Part shown: piece after piece, positions 21,286 through 31,870 of the stretch
Position numbering within the stretch: position 1 is the first letter of the stretch
Layout of the letters: each line of letters begins with the position of its first letter
NCBI GenBank assembly: GCA_963663235.2
Contig: CAXXNO010000012.1
Location: forward strand, 384,001 to 448,000
DNA: 64,000 nucleotides
Direction: 5' to 3'
Source: Dehalococcoidia bacterium
Lineage (GTDB): Bacteria > Chloroflexota > Dehalococcoidia > Bin125
Position numbers and translations under genes: made by a program
Notes under the pieces: model-generated
Told to the model about the DNA's origin: nothing
Seen by the model: the letters and a program-made list of their open reading frames with translations, nothing else
Database searches by the model: none

Positions 21286-22111
21286 GAAAGAGTTCCCGGA
21301 TCTTGGCCTGCGGGTCGGGCGCCGTGATCAGCGCCTCGCCGATCAGCACCGCCTGGACGTCGCAAGCGCGCATGCGAGCCAGATCGTCGCGGCTGCGGAT
21401 GCCGCTGGCGGCGACCACCGCCACCCCATTGGGGATGAGCGGCCGGATCCGCTCCGTCGTGCTGAGATCCTCTTCGAAGGTGTGGAGGTCGCGATTGTTG
21501 ATTCCGAGCACGGTGGCGCCTGCTTTGAGGGCGCTTGCCATCTCAGCCTCATCGGTCACTTCGACGAAGGCCGTCATGCTCAGCGTCGCGCCGGTGGCGA
21601 TCAAGTCGCGCAGCTGCGACGTGTCCAGCGTCTTGGCGATCAGCAGGAAGGCGTCCGCGCCCAGCGCCCGTGCCTCGACGACCTGATAGGGGTCGAAATG
21701 GAACTCCTTCCGCAGGAGCGGTGGAGTCGCCGGGCCACCGACGGACTCGTCGGCGCGGAGGGCGGAGGCGACTGTGTCGAGGTCAGCATCGCGGGCGAAA
21801 AAGTACCGTGAGGTGAGCACCGAGATCGCGACGGCCCCGGCGTCGCGGTAGGCCCGCGCCACCTGCACGGGGTCGATGCCCTCAGCGAACGGCCCCTTGG
21901 AGGGCGATCCCTTCTTCACCTCGGCCACCAGCCCCAGGCCGGGGCGCAGCAGCGCGGCGCGGAAGTCCCGCGGCGCGGGTCGCTCCCCCGCCCGACGCTC
22001 CAGCGCGTCCAGGGGCGTCGCGACCTGGAGCGACGGCAACTCCGCCATCATCTCCCGCATGATGCGGTCCAGTACGGAGTCGTCGACCGCGGAGCGGCGG
22101 GCCTCAGGCAT
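21278..22111 (-). CDS. trpC: Indole-3-glycerol-phosphate synthase
   Basis: AEVKKGSPSKG, ISVLT, PLLRKEF, GINNRDL. Confidence 0.94.
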   Translation of the reverse strand: MPEARRSAVDDSVLDRIMREMMAELPSLQVATPLDALERRAGERPAPRDFRAALLRPGLGLVAEVKKGSPSKGPFAEGIDPVQVARAYRDAGAVAISVLTSRYFFARDADLDTVASALRADESVGGPATPPLLRKEFHFDPYQVVEARALGADAFLLIAKTLDTSQLRDLIATGATLSMTAFVEVTDEAEMASALKAGATVLGINNRDLHTFEEDLSTTERIRPLIPNGVAVVAASGIRSRDDLARMRACDVQAVLIGEALITAPDPQAKIRELFHD

Positions 22112-23192
22112 GGCTCGACTGCTCCACGCTCTGGCCGATGCGCTGCGTGACCTCGACGAAACGCTCCAGCTTGCGCAGCGCGCGCCCGTCGTCGATGCAC
22201 TCCACTGCGCGGCTCACCCCTTCCGCGAAGGTCGGGGCCTCGTCCGCCGCGATGAGCCCGGCGGCGGCGTTGAGCGCGACGAAGCCGTGCAGTGCGCCGC
22301 CCCGTCCGCCGAGCACGTCGCGCATCATCGCGGCGTTGGCATCGGCGGATCCGCCTTGCACCATGTCCAGCGGCACGGCGCGGATGTGAACATCGGCGGG
22401 CTGCACTCGGTACTCGCGCACCTGCCCGTCTTTCAGTTCCCACACGTCGGTCGGGCCGGCCGGGCTGACCTCGTCCAGCCCCTCCAGCCCATGCACGACC
22501 AGGGCATGTGTCGCTTCCAGACGGCCGAGCGCCGCTGCGATCTTCGGCCCCACGTCCAACGAGCCGACGCCAACCACCTGGTGCCGAGCGCCGGCCGGAT
22601 TGGTGAGCGGACCAAGCAGATTGAAGACCGTCCGGAAGCCCAGTTCCCGACGCACGGGCGCCACGTGCTTCATCGCGGGGTGAAAAGTCTGCGCGAACAT
22701 GAACCCGATGCCGGTCTCCTTGATGGTCTGCGCGACGCCCTGGGGGTCCAAGTCGATGCGGGCGCCCAGCGCCTCCAGCACGTCGGCGCTGCCGCTGGCC
22801 GAGGACATGGCCCGGTTGCCGTGCTTAGCCACCGTTACCCCGCAGCCCGCCAAGACGAAGGCGGCGGCAGTGCTGACGTTGAAGGTGCCTTTGGCGTCGC
22901 CGCCGGTGCCGCAGGTATCGGCGATGCCGGCCAGGTCTTGCTGCCCGGTTTCGTCGACGAGATGGACGTGCAGCGAGCGATAGCGCATCACCTCCGCCAG
23001 CCCGACCAGCTCATCGACCGTCTCGCCCTTGAGCCGCAGCCCGGTGAGGAAGGCGGCGGCCTGGGCGGGGGTCGCGCCGCCCTGATCGGGCCCGGCCATG
23101 AGGTCATCCATGGCGGCGGCGGCCTCGGCCTCAGTGAGATCGCGGCGCTCCTCGACCAGAGCGCGCAGCGCGGCGGTGATCGACTCGGCCAT
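22104..23192 (-). CDS. trpD: Anthranilate phosphoribosyltransferase
   Basis: DTCGTGGD, NVST, KHGNRAMSS.SGSADVLE, RTVFNLLGPL. Confidence 0.96.
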   Translation of the reverse strand: MAESITAALRALVEERRDLTEAEAAAAMDDLMAGPDQGGATPAQAAAFLTGLRLKGETVDELVGLAEVMRYRSLHVHLVDETGQQDLAGIADTCGTGGDAKGTFNVSTAAAFVLAGCGVTVAKHGNRAMSSASGSADVLEALGARIDLDPQGVAQTIKETGIGFMFAQTFHPAMKHVAPVRRELGFRTVFNLLGPLTNPAGARHQVVGVGSLDVGPKIAAALGRLEATHALVVHGLEGLDEVSPAGPTDVWELKDGQVREYRVQPADVHIRAVPLDMVQGGSADANAAMMRDVLGGRGGALHGFVALNAAAGLIAADEAPTFAEGVSRAVECIDDGRALRKLERFVEVTQRIGQSVEQSSHA

Positions 23193-24037
23193 CAGCTCCC
23201 TTTGCCTGGAGCCGCATCCAGCTCGTCGAAGGCGGCGCGCGCCGTCCGTAGCGCGGCGTACCCGGTCGGCCAGCCGGCATAGCCCAGCAACTGCCCAAAC
23301 ACCTCTTCGATCTCATCGCGGGTGACGCCATGGTTCAACGCCCCCTCTACGTGGATTCGCAACTCCTCCATCCGACCCTGCACGGCCAGCGACGTCATCG
23401 AGACGATGCTGCGGTCCCGACGCGAGAGCTGCGGTCGCGCCCACACCTCGCCGAGGAGGTAGTTGAGCGTCAGCGGCGCGAAGCGGCCGAACCGTTGGTC
23501 CAAGCCCTCCAGGTACGCGCTCTCCGCCTCCGCGCCCGAGGCCAGGTCCCGCAGCGTGCGGGCCACGTCCAACCCGTCGCGACGGCGCTGCGCGTCGTCC
23601 TTGCGCTCGGCCGGCTCGTGCGCGGGCTGCTCCTTGCCGCCGTCGAGCGCCTTGAACACCTCCTGCACCTCGCGGAACGAGCCGATGGCGCGGGGGAAGC
23701 CGGCATAGGCGCTGAGGTGGACCAGCACCTCCTCCACTTCCTCGCGCGTCATGCCGTGGTTGAGCGCGCCGCGGGTGTGGACGCGGACCTCCATCGGCTG
23801 GCCGCCGAGCGTCACCAGCGCCGTGAGCACGACCATGCTGCGGTCCCGGCGCGAGAGGTCGGGCCGGGACCACAACTCGCCCATGGTGAAATCGCAGGCG
23901 AAGGTGCCGATAGCGCCCCAGGCGCGCTCGGTGTTCTCCGCGCCGGCCTGCGCGTTGTCGACGCGTCCCGCGCGGAGCTTGGCCATGACGTCCAGGGCGG
24001 TGGCGCGTCGGTCGGCTTGGGTGGTGGGAGTAGTCAT
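23192..24037 (-). CDS. Carboxymuconolactone decarboxylase (CMD/PcaC-like) family protein, two tandem domains
   Basis: W.RP.LSRRDRS...E..H..GALNHG.TR.E..E....L..YAG.P occurs twice; ATG 24037 after AGAGGA. Confidence 0.85.
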   Translation of the reverse strand: MTTPTTQADRRATALDVMAKLRAGRVDNAQAGAENTERAWGAIGTFACDFTMGELWSRPDLSRRDRSMVVLTALVTLGGQPMEVRVHTRGALNHGMTREEVEEVLVHLSAYAGFPRAIGSFREVQEVFKALDGGKEQPAHEPAERKDDAQRRRDGLDVARTLRDLASGAEAESAYLEGLDQRFGRFAPLTLNYLLGEVWARPQLSRRDRSIVSMTSLAVQGRMEELRIHVEGALNHGVTRDEIEEVFGQLLGYAGWPTGYAALRTARAAFDELDAAPGKGS

Positions 24038-24081
24038 GGTCAGATCCTCTCTCGCAGTGGCGAAATCTATCTGAGCATCCC

Positions 24082-24672
24082 TTATGTGGCGGCTACCTGC
24101 TCGCCCATTCCCAGGAAGTTCCGCAGCAGGTCGTGCCCCACCGAGGTCATGATGCTCTCGGGGTGGAACTGCACGCCCTCTAGGGCGTAGCGCACGTGCC
24201 GCAGCCCCATTAGGACGCCCGAGTCCGACCAGGCCGTGGGCAGAATCTCCTTCGGCAGCGTGTCCGGGTCGACCGTCAGGCTGTGGTAGCGCGTGGCCTC
24301 GAACGGGTTGGACAGGCCCGCGTAGACGCTCTTGCCGTCGTGGCTGATCGGGCTGGTCTTGCCGTGCCTGATCTCGCCCGCCCCGACGATCTCCGCCCCG
24401 AACGCCGCCCCGATGCACTGGTGCCCCAGGCAGACGCCCAGGATCGGCGTGCGCCCGGCGAAGCGCCGCACCAGCTCGACGCTGATGCCTGCCTCCTTGG
24501 GCGTCTTGGGCCCGGGCGAAATGACGATCCGCTCCGGCGCCATCGACTCGACCTCATCCAGCGTGACTTGATCGTTGCGACGCACGGTCACATCGGCGCC
24601 CAGCTCTGCCAGGTACTGGTAGAGGTTGTAGGTGAAGGAGTCGTAATTATCGATGAGCAGAAGCCCGGCCAT
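24082..24672 (-). CDS. trpG: Anthranilate synthase component II (glutamine amidotransferase)
   Basis: IDNYDSFTYNL, ISPGP, GVCLGHQ, RYHSL, GVQFHPES. Confidence 0.96.
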   Translation of the reverse strand: MAGLLLIDNYDSFTYNLYQYLAELGADVTVRRNDQVTLDEVESMAPERIVISPGPKTPKEAGISVELVRRFAGRTPILGVCLGHQCIGAAFGAEIVGAGEIRHGKTSPISHDGKSVYAGLSNPFEATRYHSLTVDPDTLPKEILPTAWSDSGVLMGLRHVRYALEGVQFHPESIMTSVGHDLLRNFLGMGEQVAAT

Positions 24673-25487
24673 CAGCCACCCTTGTCAATCTCGGCGAAGA
24701 TCTCGCGCACCTTCTGGTACCCGGTGACGGCGGTCGGCCAGCCGGCGTAGGCCAGCAGGTGCACCATCACCTCTTCGATCTCCTCGCGGGTCAGGCCGTG
24801 GTTCAGCGCCCCGCGCACGTGGGTGGGGAACTGGCCCGTGCGGCCCAGGACGGTCAGCACCGACAGCGTGACCAGGCTGCGGTCCCGACGCGAGAGCTGC
24901 GGCCGCGCCCACACCTCACCGAAGAGGTACTGGATGGTGGGCTCCGCCAGCGGCCCCATCCGCTTCTCCATTTTCTCCGCGTCGGCTTCGGGGTCGGACC
25001 AGCCCATGAGCGTTTTCAGCACGTCGAGGCCGTCACGACGGCGCTCTTCGTCGCTCTTGCGCGCGGCCGGTTCGTGCGGCGGTAGCTCTCCGCCTTCGTA
25101 CTCCGTGAGTCCCTTCTGCACGGTGCGGATGGCCGCGAGCGCGCGAGGGAAGCCAGCGTAGGCGCTCACGTGCGTGACGACCTCCTCCACTTGCTCGCGG
25201 GTGAGCCCGTGGTTGAGCGCGCCCTGCGTGTGTACCTTCAGCTCTTTGTCCGCTCCGATGGTGATCAACGCCGCGAGGACGATAAGGCTGCGGTCGCGAC
25301 GGGGGAGCTGCGGTCGCGCCCAGATGTCCGCCAGCACGAAGTCGATGGTGAACGAGCCGGTTGCGCCCCAGAGATCTTCCGTGTGCTTGAGGCCGCCCTC
25401 CACGTCCTTGAGACGGTCGCCGCGCAGCTTGCGCAAGCCGTCCACGGCCAGCTGGCGTCGTTCAGCGTGAGTCAAACCGGTGGTCAT
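24672..25487 (-). CDS. Second CMD/PcaC-like tandem-domain protein
   Basis: WARPQLPRRDRS and WARPQLSRRDRS repeats, GALNHGLTRE, YAGFP/YAGWP. Confidence 0.85.
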   Translation of the reverse strand: MTTGLTHAERRQLAVDGLRKLRGDRLKDVEGGLKHTEDLWGATGSFTIDFVLADIWARPQLPRRDRSLIVLAALITIGADKELKVHTQGALNHGLTREQVEEVVTHVSAYAGFPRALAAIRTVQKGLTEYEGGELPPHEPAARKSDEERRRDGLDVLKTLMGWSDPEADAEKMEKRMGPLAEPTIQYLFGEVWARPQLSRRDRSLVTLSVLTVLGRTGQFPTHVRGALNHGLTREEIEEVMVHLLAYAGWPTAVTGYQKVREIFAEIDKGG

Positions 25488-25507
25488 CGTTCGTCCTCCC
25501 TCTGTCG

Positions 25508-26983
<1,476 letters not shown>

Positions 26984-26995
26984 CGCGTCCCCGTG

Positions 26996-27300
26996 GAAAT
27001 GAAAACCGCGCCCAACCCACGAAGGGGCGGAGCGCGGCCGCGGTGCCACCCTTCTTTCCCTCCCAAAGGCGGAAGGACACTCATGGCAGGGACGGCGGTC
27101 AATCCCTTCGCAAGGGACGGAGCTCAATCCCCTCGGCCTTGATAACGGAGCCGTACCGGCTGCGCCTACTGCTCCCTGCGGAGGTTCGGGCAGCGACTCC
27201 CGGGCCCATTCCCCGCCCGCGCAACCGCCGGTCTCTCAGCTATGGCCGGCTCTCTGAAGGTTCGCTTGAGCGGGTACTCTTCCCGTTCACAGTCGATCGG
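26996..27300 (-). promoter_or_regulatory. Trp-specific T-box riboswitch (transcriptional)
   Basis: AGAGA (27255-27251) and GCTGAGA (27240-27234) stem I boxes; GAA-TGG specifier (TGG at 27208-27206); CCGTTA F-box; AAGGGTGGCACCGCG T-box (27053-27039); CCGCGC..GCGCGG-TTTTCATTT terminator. Confidence 0.93.
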
Positions 27301-27318
27301 CTATTCAATTGTCCATCG

Positions 27319-27348
27319 ACGGTACGCGCGGGCGGAACAGCCTGTCAA
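27319..27348 (-). promoter_or_regulatory. Sigma70-type promoter of the trp leader
   Basis: TTGACA-18 nt-TACCGT immediately upstream of the T-box. Confidence 0.7.
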
Positions 27349-27363
27349 TCACGGCCGCAACGG

Positions 27364-27963
27364 TCAGACCTCCGGCAGCGATCGACGGGTGTCGGCGCGC
27401 TCCCGGCGCAGGATCGTCAACAGCTCCTCCACTGCCACCTCCTCCTTTCCGTCGCGGTTCACGATCACGTAGTCAAACAGGCCGGCCTGGGCCATCTCCG
27501 CCGGGGCGGCGGCCAAGCGGCGTTGGAGCTCTACCTCGGAGTCGACGTTGCGGCCGCGGATGCGACGCTCCAGCGTGCCGTGATCAGGCGCGGTGACGAA
27601 GACCAGCAGCGCACCGGGGACCCGCTCGCGGAGGGTACGGGCGCCCTGAAGGTCGGTGCGGGCGACGACGGTCCGCCCCGCGGTCAGCGCCGCCCGGACC
27701 GGAGCGCGGGGCACGCCGCTCCGGTGGCCGTAGACCTCGGCGTGTTCCAGGAACTCCCCGGCGGCGACCATCGCGTCGAACTGTGCGTCCGAGAGAAAGA
27801 GATGGTGGACGCCGTCCTGCTCGCCGGGGCGGGGCGGTCGGGTCTTGGCTGTGGCGACGCGGACGCTGTTGGGATCGCGCTCAAGCAGCGCCGTCAACAA
27901 CGTGTCCTTGCCAACGCCGGAGGGACCGGAGAGCACCACGAAGAGCGGCCGCTCACTCCCCAT
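27364..27963 (-). CDS. gmk: Guanylate kinase
   Basis: SGPSGVGKDT, TRPPRPGEQDG, FLEHAEVYG, FDYVIVN. Confidence 0.94.
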   Translation of the reverse strand: MGSERPLFVVLSGPSGVGKDTLLTALLERDPNSVRVATAKTRPPRPGEQDGVHHLFLSDAQFDAMVAAGEFLEHAEVYGHRSGVPRAPVRAALTAGRTVVARTDLQGARTLRERVPGALLVFVTAPDHGTLERRIRGRNVDSEVELQRRLAAAPAEMAQAGLFDYVIVNRDGKEEVAVEELLTILRRERADTRRSLPEV

Positions 27964-28216
27964 CGTCGAGAGCGCGCTCGCCGGCGAGGCGGCGGGCGAT
28001 GGTCTCCGGCGCGATCGCCGCCGGCACCACGTGACCGCTGTCCATCACCACCACGGCCTTGGTGCGGCGGCCACTGGTCAGATCGATAATGCGCCCCAAG
28101 CTCTTGCCCTCCTGAACGAGACGCTTCGTCGGCGCTGCGTCGGGCGCGGCCACCGCAACGATGTGGTTCACCGTCAAGACGTTCCCGAAGCCCACGGGCA
28201 CCGACTCGGTCTGCAT
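27953..28216 (-). CDS. remA: RemA/DUF370 family regulator
   Basis: VGFGN, IIDLTSGRRTKAVVVMDSGHVV; conserved position upstream of gmk. Confidence 0.88.
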   Translation of the reverse strand: MQTESVPVGFGNVLTVNHIVAVAAPDAAPTKRLVQEGKSLGRIIDLTSGRRTKAVVVMDSGHVVPAAIAPETIARRLAGERALDDGE

Positions 28217-28239
28217 GACGCTCCGATCGCCCGCAAGGC

Positions 28240-29547
28240 TCAGGCCAGAGTGGCCGCACCGGCCAAGCTCTGGAAGTCCGACCAGAATGCCGCGTAGGAG
28301 ACGTTCACCGCGTCTTCGCCGTGCAGCTCCGTCTCGCCCTCGGCGGCGAGAGCGGCAACGGCCAGGGCCATGGCCAGCCGGTGATCGCCCTGGGAGTCGA
28401 CGCGCGCGCCCTGCAGCCGCTCTTTCCCTTCGATGACCAGCCCGTCGGGTCGCTCCTCTATCCGGGCCCCCAGCGCCCGTAATCCCGCCGCCGTCGCGGC
28501 GATGCGATCGGATTCCTTGACTCGCAGCTCGGCGGCGTCGCGGATCTCAGTGATCCCGTCCGCGAGGGCCGCCGCCACCGCCAGCACCGGCAGCTCATCG
28601 ATGGTGCGCGGGATCAACTCGCCGGCGATCGTCGTGCCCCGCAGCGACGCCGAGCGCACGGTGAGGTCGGCCACCGGCTCGCCGGCAACGGTGCGTTCGC
28701 CGGAGACCGCGATGTCGGCGCCCATCGCTCGCAGCACCTCAATCACGCCAGCGCGGGTCGGGTTGATCCCAACCGCCGGCAGCTCGATCTCCGACTCCGG
28801 TGTGATGCTGCCGGCCACCAGCCAGAACGCCGCCGCGCTGAGATCGCCGGGCACGTCCACGTCGACGGGACGGAGTGCATCGCCGGGCGGTTCGATGCGG
28901 ACGGCTCGCCCGGTCCGCGTCAGCGCCACGCCCATCGCGCCGAGAAGGATTTCGGTGTGGTCGCGCGTGGGCACGGGCTCCGCGACCGTGCTGGGGCCGG
29001 ACGCCGCCAGTGCCGCGAGGAGGACAGCGCTCTTAACCTGCGCGCTGGCCACCTCAAGGCCGCCCTGGAAGGGCCGCAAGGCGCCGCCGCGCACCGTGAT
29101 GGGGGCGAGCGTGCGGCCGGCCCGCCCATCGACACGGGCTCCCATCGACGCGAGCGGCTGCAGGACGCGATCCATGGGGCGGCGGCGCAGCGACGCGTCG
29201 CCGTCGAGGACGGTGAGGGCATCAAGGCCCGCCGCGACCCCGGCGACCAGGCGCATGGTGGTCCCGCTGTTGCCGCAATCGACAGGACCGGCAGCCTCGT
29301 GCAAGCGACGCCGGCCTGGACTGCGAACCAGCACCGTCGCTCCGTCGTCCACTCGTTCGACTGAGACGCCGAGCGCAGTCATCGCGCCGATCGAGGCCAG
29401 AGTGTCAGCGGCGGCGGAGAAGCCTCGGACGCGGGCGTCACCGCGCGCGAGGCCGTTCAGGATTACGGCGCGATGAGAGATCGACTTGTCGCCGGGAACG
29501 CACAGCCTGCCGCGCAAGCGCGAGGCCGGCGAGAGGCGAACGGTCAT
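28240..29547 (-). CDS. aroA: EPSP synthase
   Basis: PGDKSISHRA, DCGNSGTTMRL, ASAQVKSA, LRVKESDR, DHRLAM. Confidence 0.96.
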   Translation of the reverse strand: MTVRLSPASRLRGRLCVPGDKSISHRAVILNGLARGDARVRGFSAAADTLASIGAMTALGVSVERVDDGATVLVRSPGRRRLHEAAGPVDCGNSGTTMRLVAGVAAGLDALTVLDGDASLRRRPMDRVLQPLASMGARVDGRAGRTLAPITVRGGALRPFQGGLEVASAQVKSAVLLAALAASGPSTVAEPVPTRDHTEILLGAMGVALTRTGRAVRIEPPGDALRPVDVDVPGDLSAAAFWLVAGSITPESEIELPAVGINPTRAGVIEVLRAMGADIAVSGERTVAGEPVADLTVRSASLRGTTIAGELIPRTIDELPVLAVAAALADGITEIRDAAELRVKESDRIAATAAGLRALGARIEERPDGLVIEGKERLQGARVDSQGDHRLAMALAVAALAAEGETELHGEDAVNVSYAAFWSDFQSLAGAATLA

Positions 29548-30512
29548 GCCGGCCCGCCCAAGCGTCGCAGCCGCTCGTATAGCCGCCCGCCGAACAGCAT
29601 GCCGCCGACTTGTGATCCGACCGATGGCAACTCCGCCTGCTGACGATCCGCGTCGGACTCAGCGGACTCGAAGCTCCTTCGATCTCGCTGCGCGCCGGCG
29701 AACTCGCGCTCGATCTCCTCTCGCGGGCGGTCCAGGAGATCACGGAACCGCTGGAGCTCCGCGACGTAGCGGTCAATCCAGTACTGCACGTTCTCGCGAT
29801 TGGTGACGGCGATGTCCGCGGCCATCCGCGGGTCGCCGGAGGCTAATCGTGTCAGGTCACGATAGGCCGGCCCCGAGATGCGGGCGAAGTCATCCCAGCC
29901 AGGGCTGCGACGCAGCAGCGTGAAGAGAGCGGTGGAGGCCGTCAGCGGCAAGTGGCTCACCGCCGCGACTAGACGGTCGTGCTCGTCGGCGTCGATGAAA
30001 AGCTCGCGCGCGCCAATACTCCGCACCAGACTGGATACCGAGTCCACGGCGGCACTTGAGGCGGTAGCCGCCGGCACCAGCGCATAGGGACGGTCGCGGA
30101 AGAGATCGGCGTCGGCATTGGCGATGCCCTGATCGCTCTTGCCGGCCATCGGATGACCGCCCACATAGGAGACGGTCTCCGGCAGCAGCCGCTCGGCCCA
30201 CTCCATCACCCGAGACTTGGTGGACGCGGTATCTGTCACGGCCGCGCCGTGGGCCAGACGGCCCGCGATCCGCTGGAACACGCTCTCCATTGCGAGAGGA
30301 GGCACGGCAACAATCACAAGGGCCGCGCCCTGGACCGCAGACTCCGGCGACTCCACGGCCGTGTCCACGGCGCCCAGACGGCGGGCGTCTTGCATGACGT
30401 CCTGGTCCGTATCGAACCCGACGACTTCGAGATCTTCACGACCCTGCGCCCTGATGGCGAGCCCAAGCGAGCCGCCGATCAGCCCCAAGCCGACGATCGT
30501 GATGCGGGCCAT
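29544..30512 (-). CDS. tyrA: Prephenate/arogenate dehydrogenase
   Basis: GLGLIGGS, TDTASTK, GGHPMAG, HDRLVAAVSHLP, RDLTRLA. Confidence 0.93.
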   Translation of the reverse strand: MARITIVGLGLIGGSLGLAIRAQGREDLEVVGFDTDQDVMQDARRLGAVDTAVESPESAVQGAALVIVAVPPLAMESVFQRIAGRLAHGAAVTDTASTKSRVMEWAERLLPETVSYVGGHPMAGKSDQGIANADADLFRDRPYALVPAATASSAAVDSVSSLVRSIGARELFIDADEHDRLVAAVSHLPLTASTALFTLLRRSPGWDDFARISGPAYRDLTRLASGDPRMAADIAVTNRENVQYWIDRYVAELQRFRDLLDRPREEIEREFAGAQRDRRSFESAESDADRQQAELPSVGSQVGGMLFGGRLYERLRRLGGPA

Positions 30513-30739
30513 TGGCGCTCTTCCTCAAGGGAACGACGCTACCACGACGGCGACACGCATGCGGAAGCGATCAAGCCAAGTGGTGCGGCTGCGAAGGAGT
30601 ATAGCATCGGTCCAGCCGGGTCCCCGCGCGCTTCGCCCGCGTGCGCCGTCACGACGTCGGCTTGACCGACCCTTGAGCGATGCTAGAGTCGACGGGCTCT
30701 CGAAAGAGGCGGGATCCGGCGGGGTTTACGCGGACGTCC

Positions 30740-31870
30740 ATGCGTCTGACCGTAACGCGAGCCCGGTCAATCGGTGCTGCGGGCCTGCTCACGGCAGCAG
30801 CCGTGAGCGCTGTGCTACTCGCGAGTCCTTGGGACGACCGCGGAGCACGGGCTGGGTCCACTGGGCCGGACCGCGGCGCGCTTCTGATTAGCGAGTTCCA
30901 TCCCAACGCCAGCAACCTCTACTTGATCGATCCATCCGATCTGGCCTCGCGCACACCGTACTTGGACGTGCCCCATGCCACAGGCTGGGAGATCATCGGG
31001 GCGCTAGCTCCCGATGGCACGCGGTTCGCCTACCTGGTCCTGCCCCCCGGCACATACGACCCGTCGACGCAGGCGCAGCTGGCGCTGCGCGACCACAACG
31101 GTCTGCGCGTCCTGGCGGATCGGCTGGATCTCGGGGGTGGGCTGGTCTGGAGTGCGGACGGCTCTGCTCTCTACGCTCGACGAACCGCTGCGGACGGGGT
31201 CCATCAGTCGCTGATTGAGGTTGACGCCGAGCATGGAGAGACCCGGACCCGGTTCGAGGGCGGAGAGAGCCTCAGCCTCTACGCCGTGGGGCGACCGGCG
31301 GACGGGCCGCTCTACGTCGTCGTCATCGGGTCGAACGGCAGCAAACTCGTCGCGCTCGACGGCAGCGGCCGGCCGGCGCGCTCGCTCTCTCTCTCGAGCG
31401 GCGTCACCCGCGACTGGGCGCTGTCAGCGGATGGGGCACACTTGGCCTTCACGGAGCAGCAGGGCCTGCAGCTCCACGTCCGTGTCGTCTCGCTTCGAGA
31501 CGACACCCCCACCCTCTCGGTCGCGAGCGCCATCGCCGCCGCACCGACGGCGGGGAGCGGCTCTGCCGCGCCGCTCTGGCATCCAGATGGATCGCTGAGC
31601 GTGGGGACCTTCGGCGCAAAGGACAGCTCGTCCGTCCTGCGGGTGCAGGCCGCGGGCGCAGCGGAGGTCGACGTGCGACCAGCGAGCGGCTTCGCGCTGC
31701 CCGTGGCCTGGTCCGCCGATGGTCGTCGCTTGGCGCTGCGGGCGTTCACGGGACGAGGGCCGGGCGATGTGGGTCAGGAGCGGGCGGCGCTCATCGGCCC
31801 AGACGGCCAGCTCCATACGATCGAGGGGGAGTTCATTCGCGTGCTGGGCTGGTGGTATGGCGGGGACTAG
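30740..31870 (+). CDS. Secreted TolB/PD40-like beta-propeller protein
   Basis: Signal peptide; repeated APDG/WSADG/SADG/WHPDG blade motifs. Confidence 0.7.
   Translation: MRLTVTRARSIGAAGLLTAAAVSAVLLASPWDDRGARAGSTGPDRGALLISEFHPNASNLYLIDPSDLASRTPYLDVPHATGWEIIGALAPDGTRFAYLVLPPGTYDPSTQAQLALRDHNGLRVLADRLDLGGGLVWSADGSALYARRTAADGVHQSLIEVDAEHGETRTRFEGGESLSLYAVGRPADGPLYVVVIGSNGSKLVALDGSGRPARSLSLSSGVTRDWALSADGAHLAFTEQQGLQLHVRVVSLRDDTPTLSVASAIAAAPTAGSGSAAPLWHPDGSLSVGTFGAKDSSSVLRVQAAGAAEVDVRPASGFALPVAWSADGRRLALRAFTGRGPGDVGQERAALIGPDGQLHTIEGEFIRVLGWWYGGD

Noticed and set aside
24038-24418. 408-aa version of the CMD protein
   Set aside because: The extension overlaps trpG in another frame; an RBS-backed ATG is at 24037.
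26984-27127. N-terminal extension of trpE, or a Trp leader peptide
   Set aside because: The region is the T-box antiterminator/terminator; there are no tandem Trp codons, and TrpE homology begins at MHYP.
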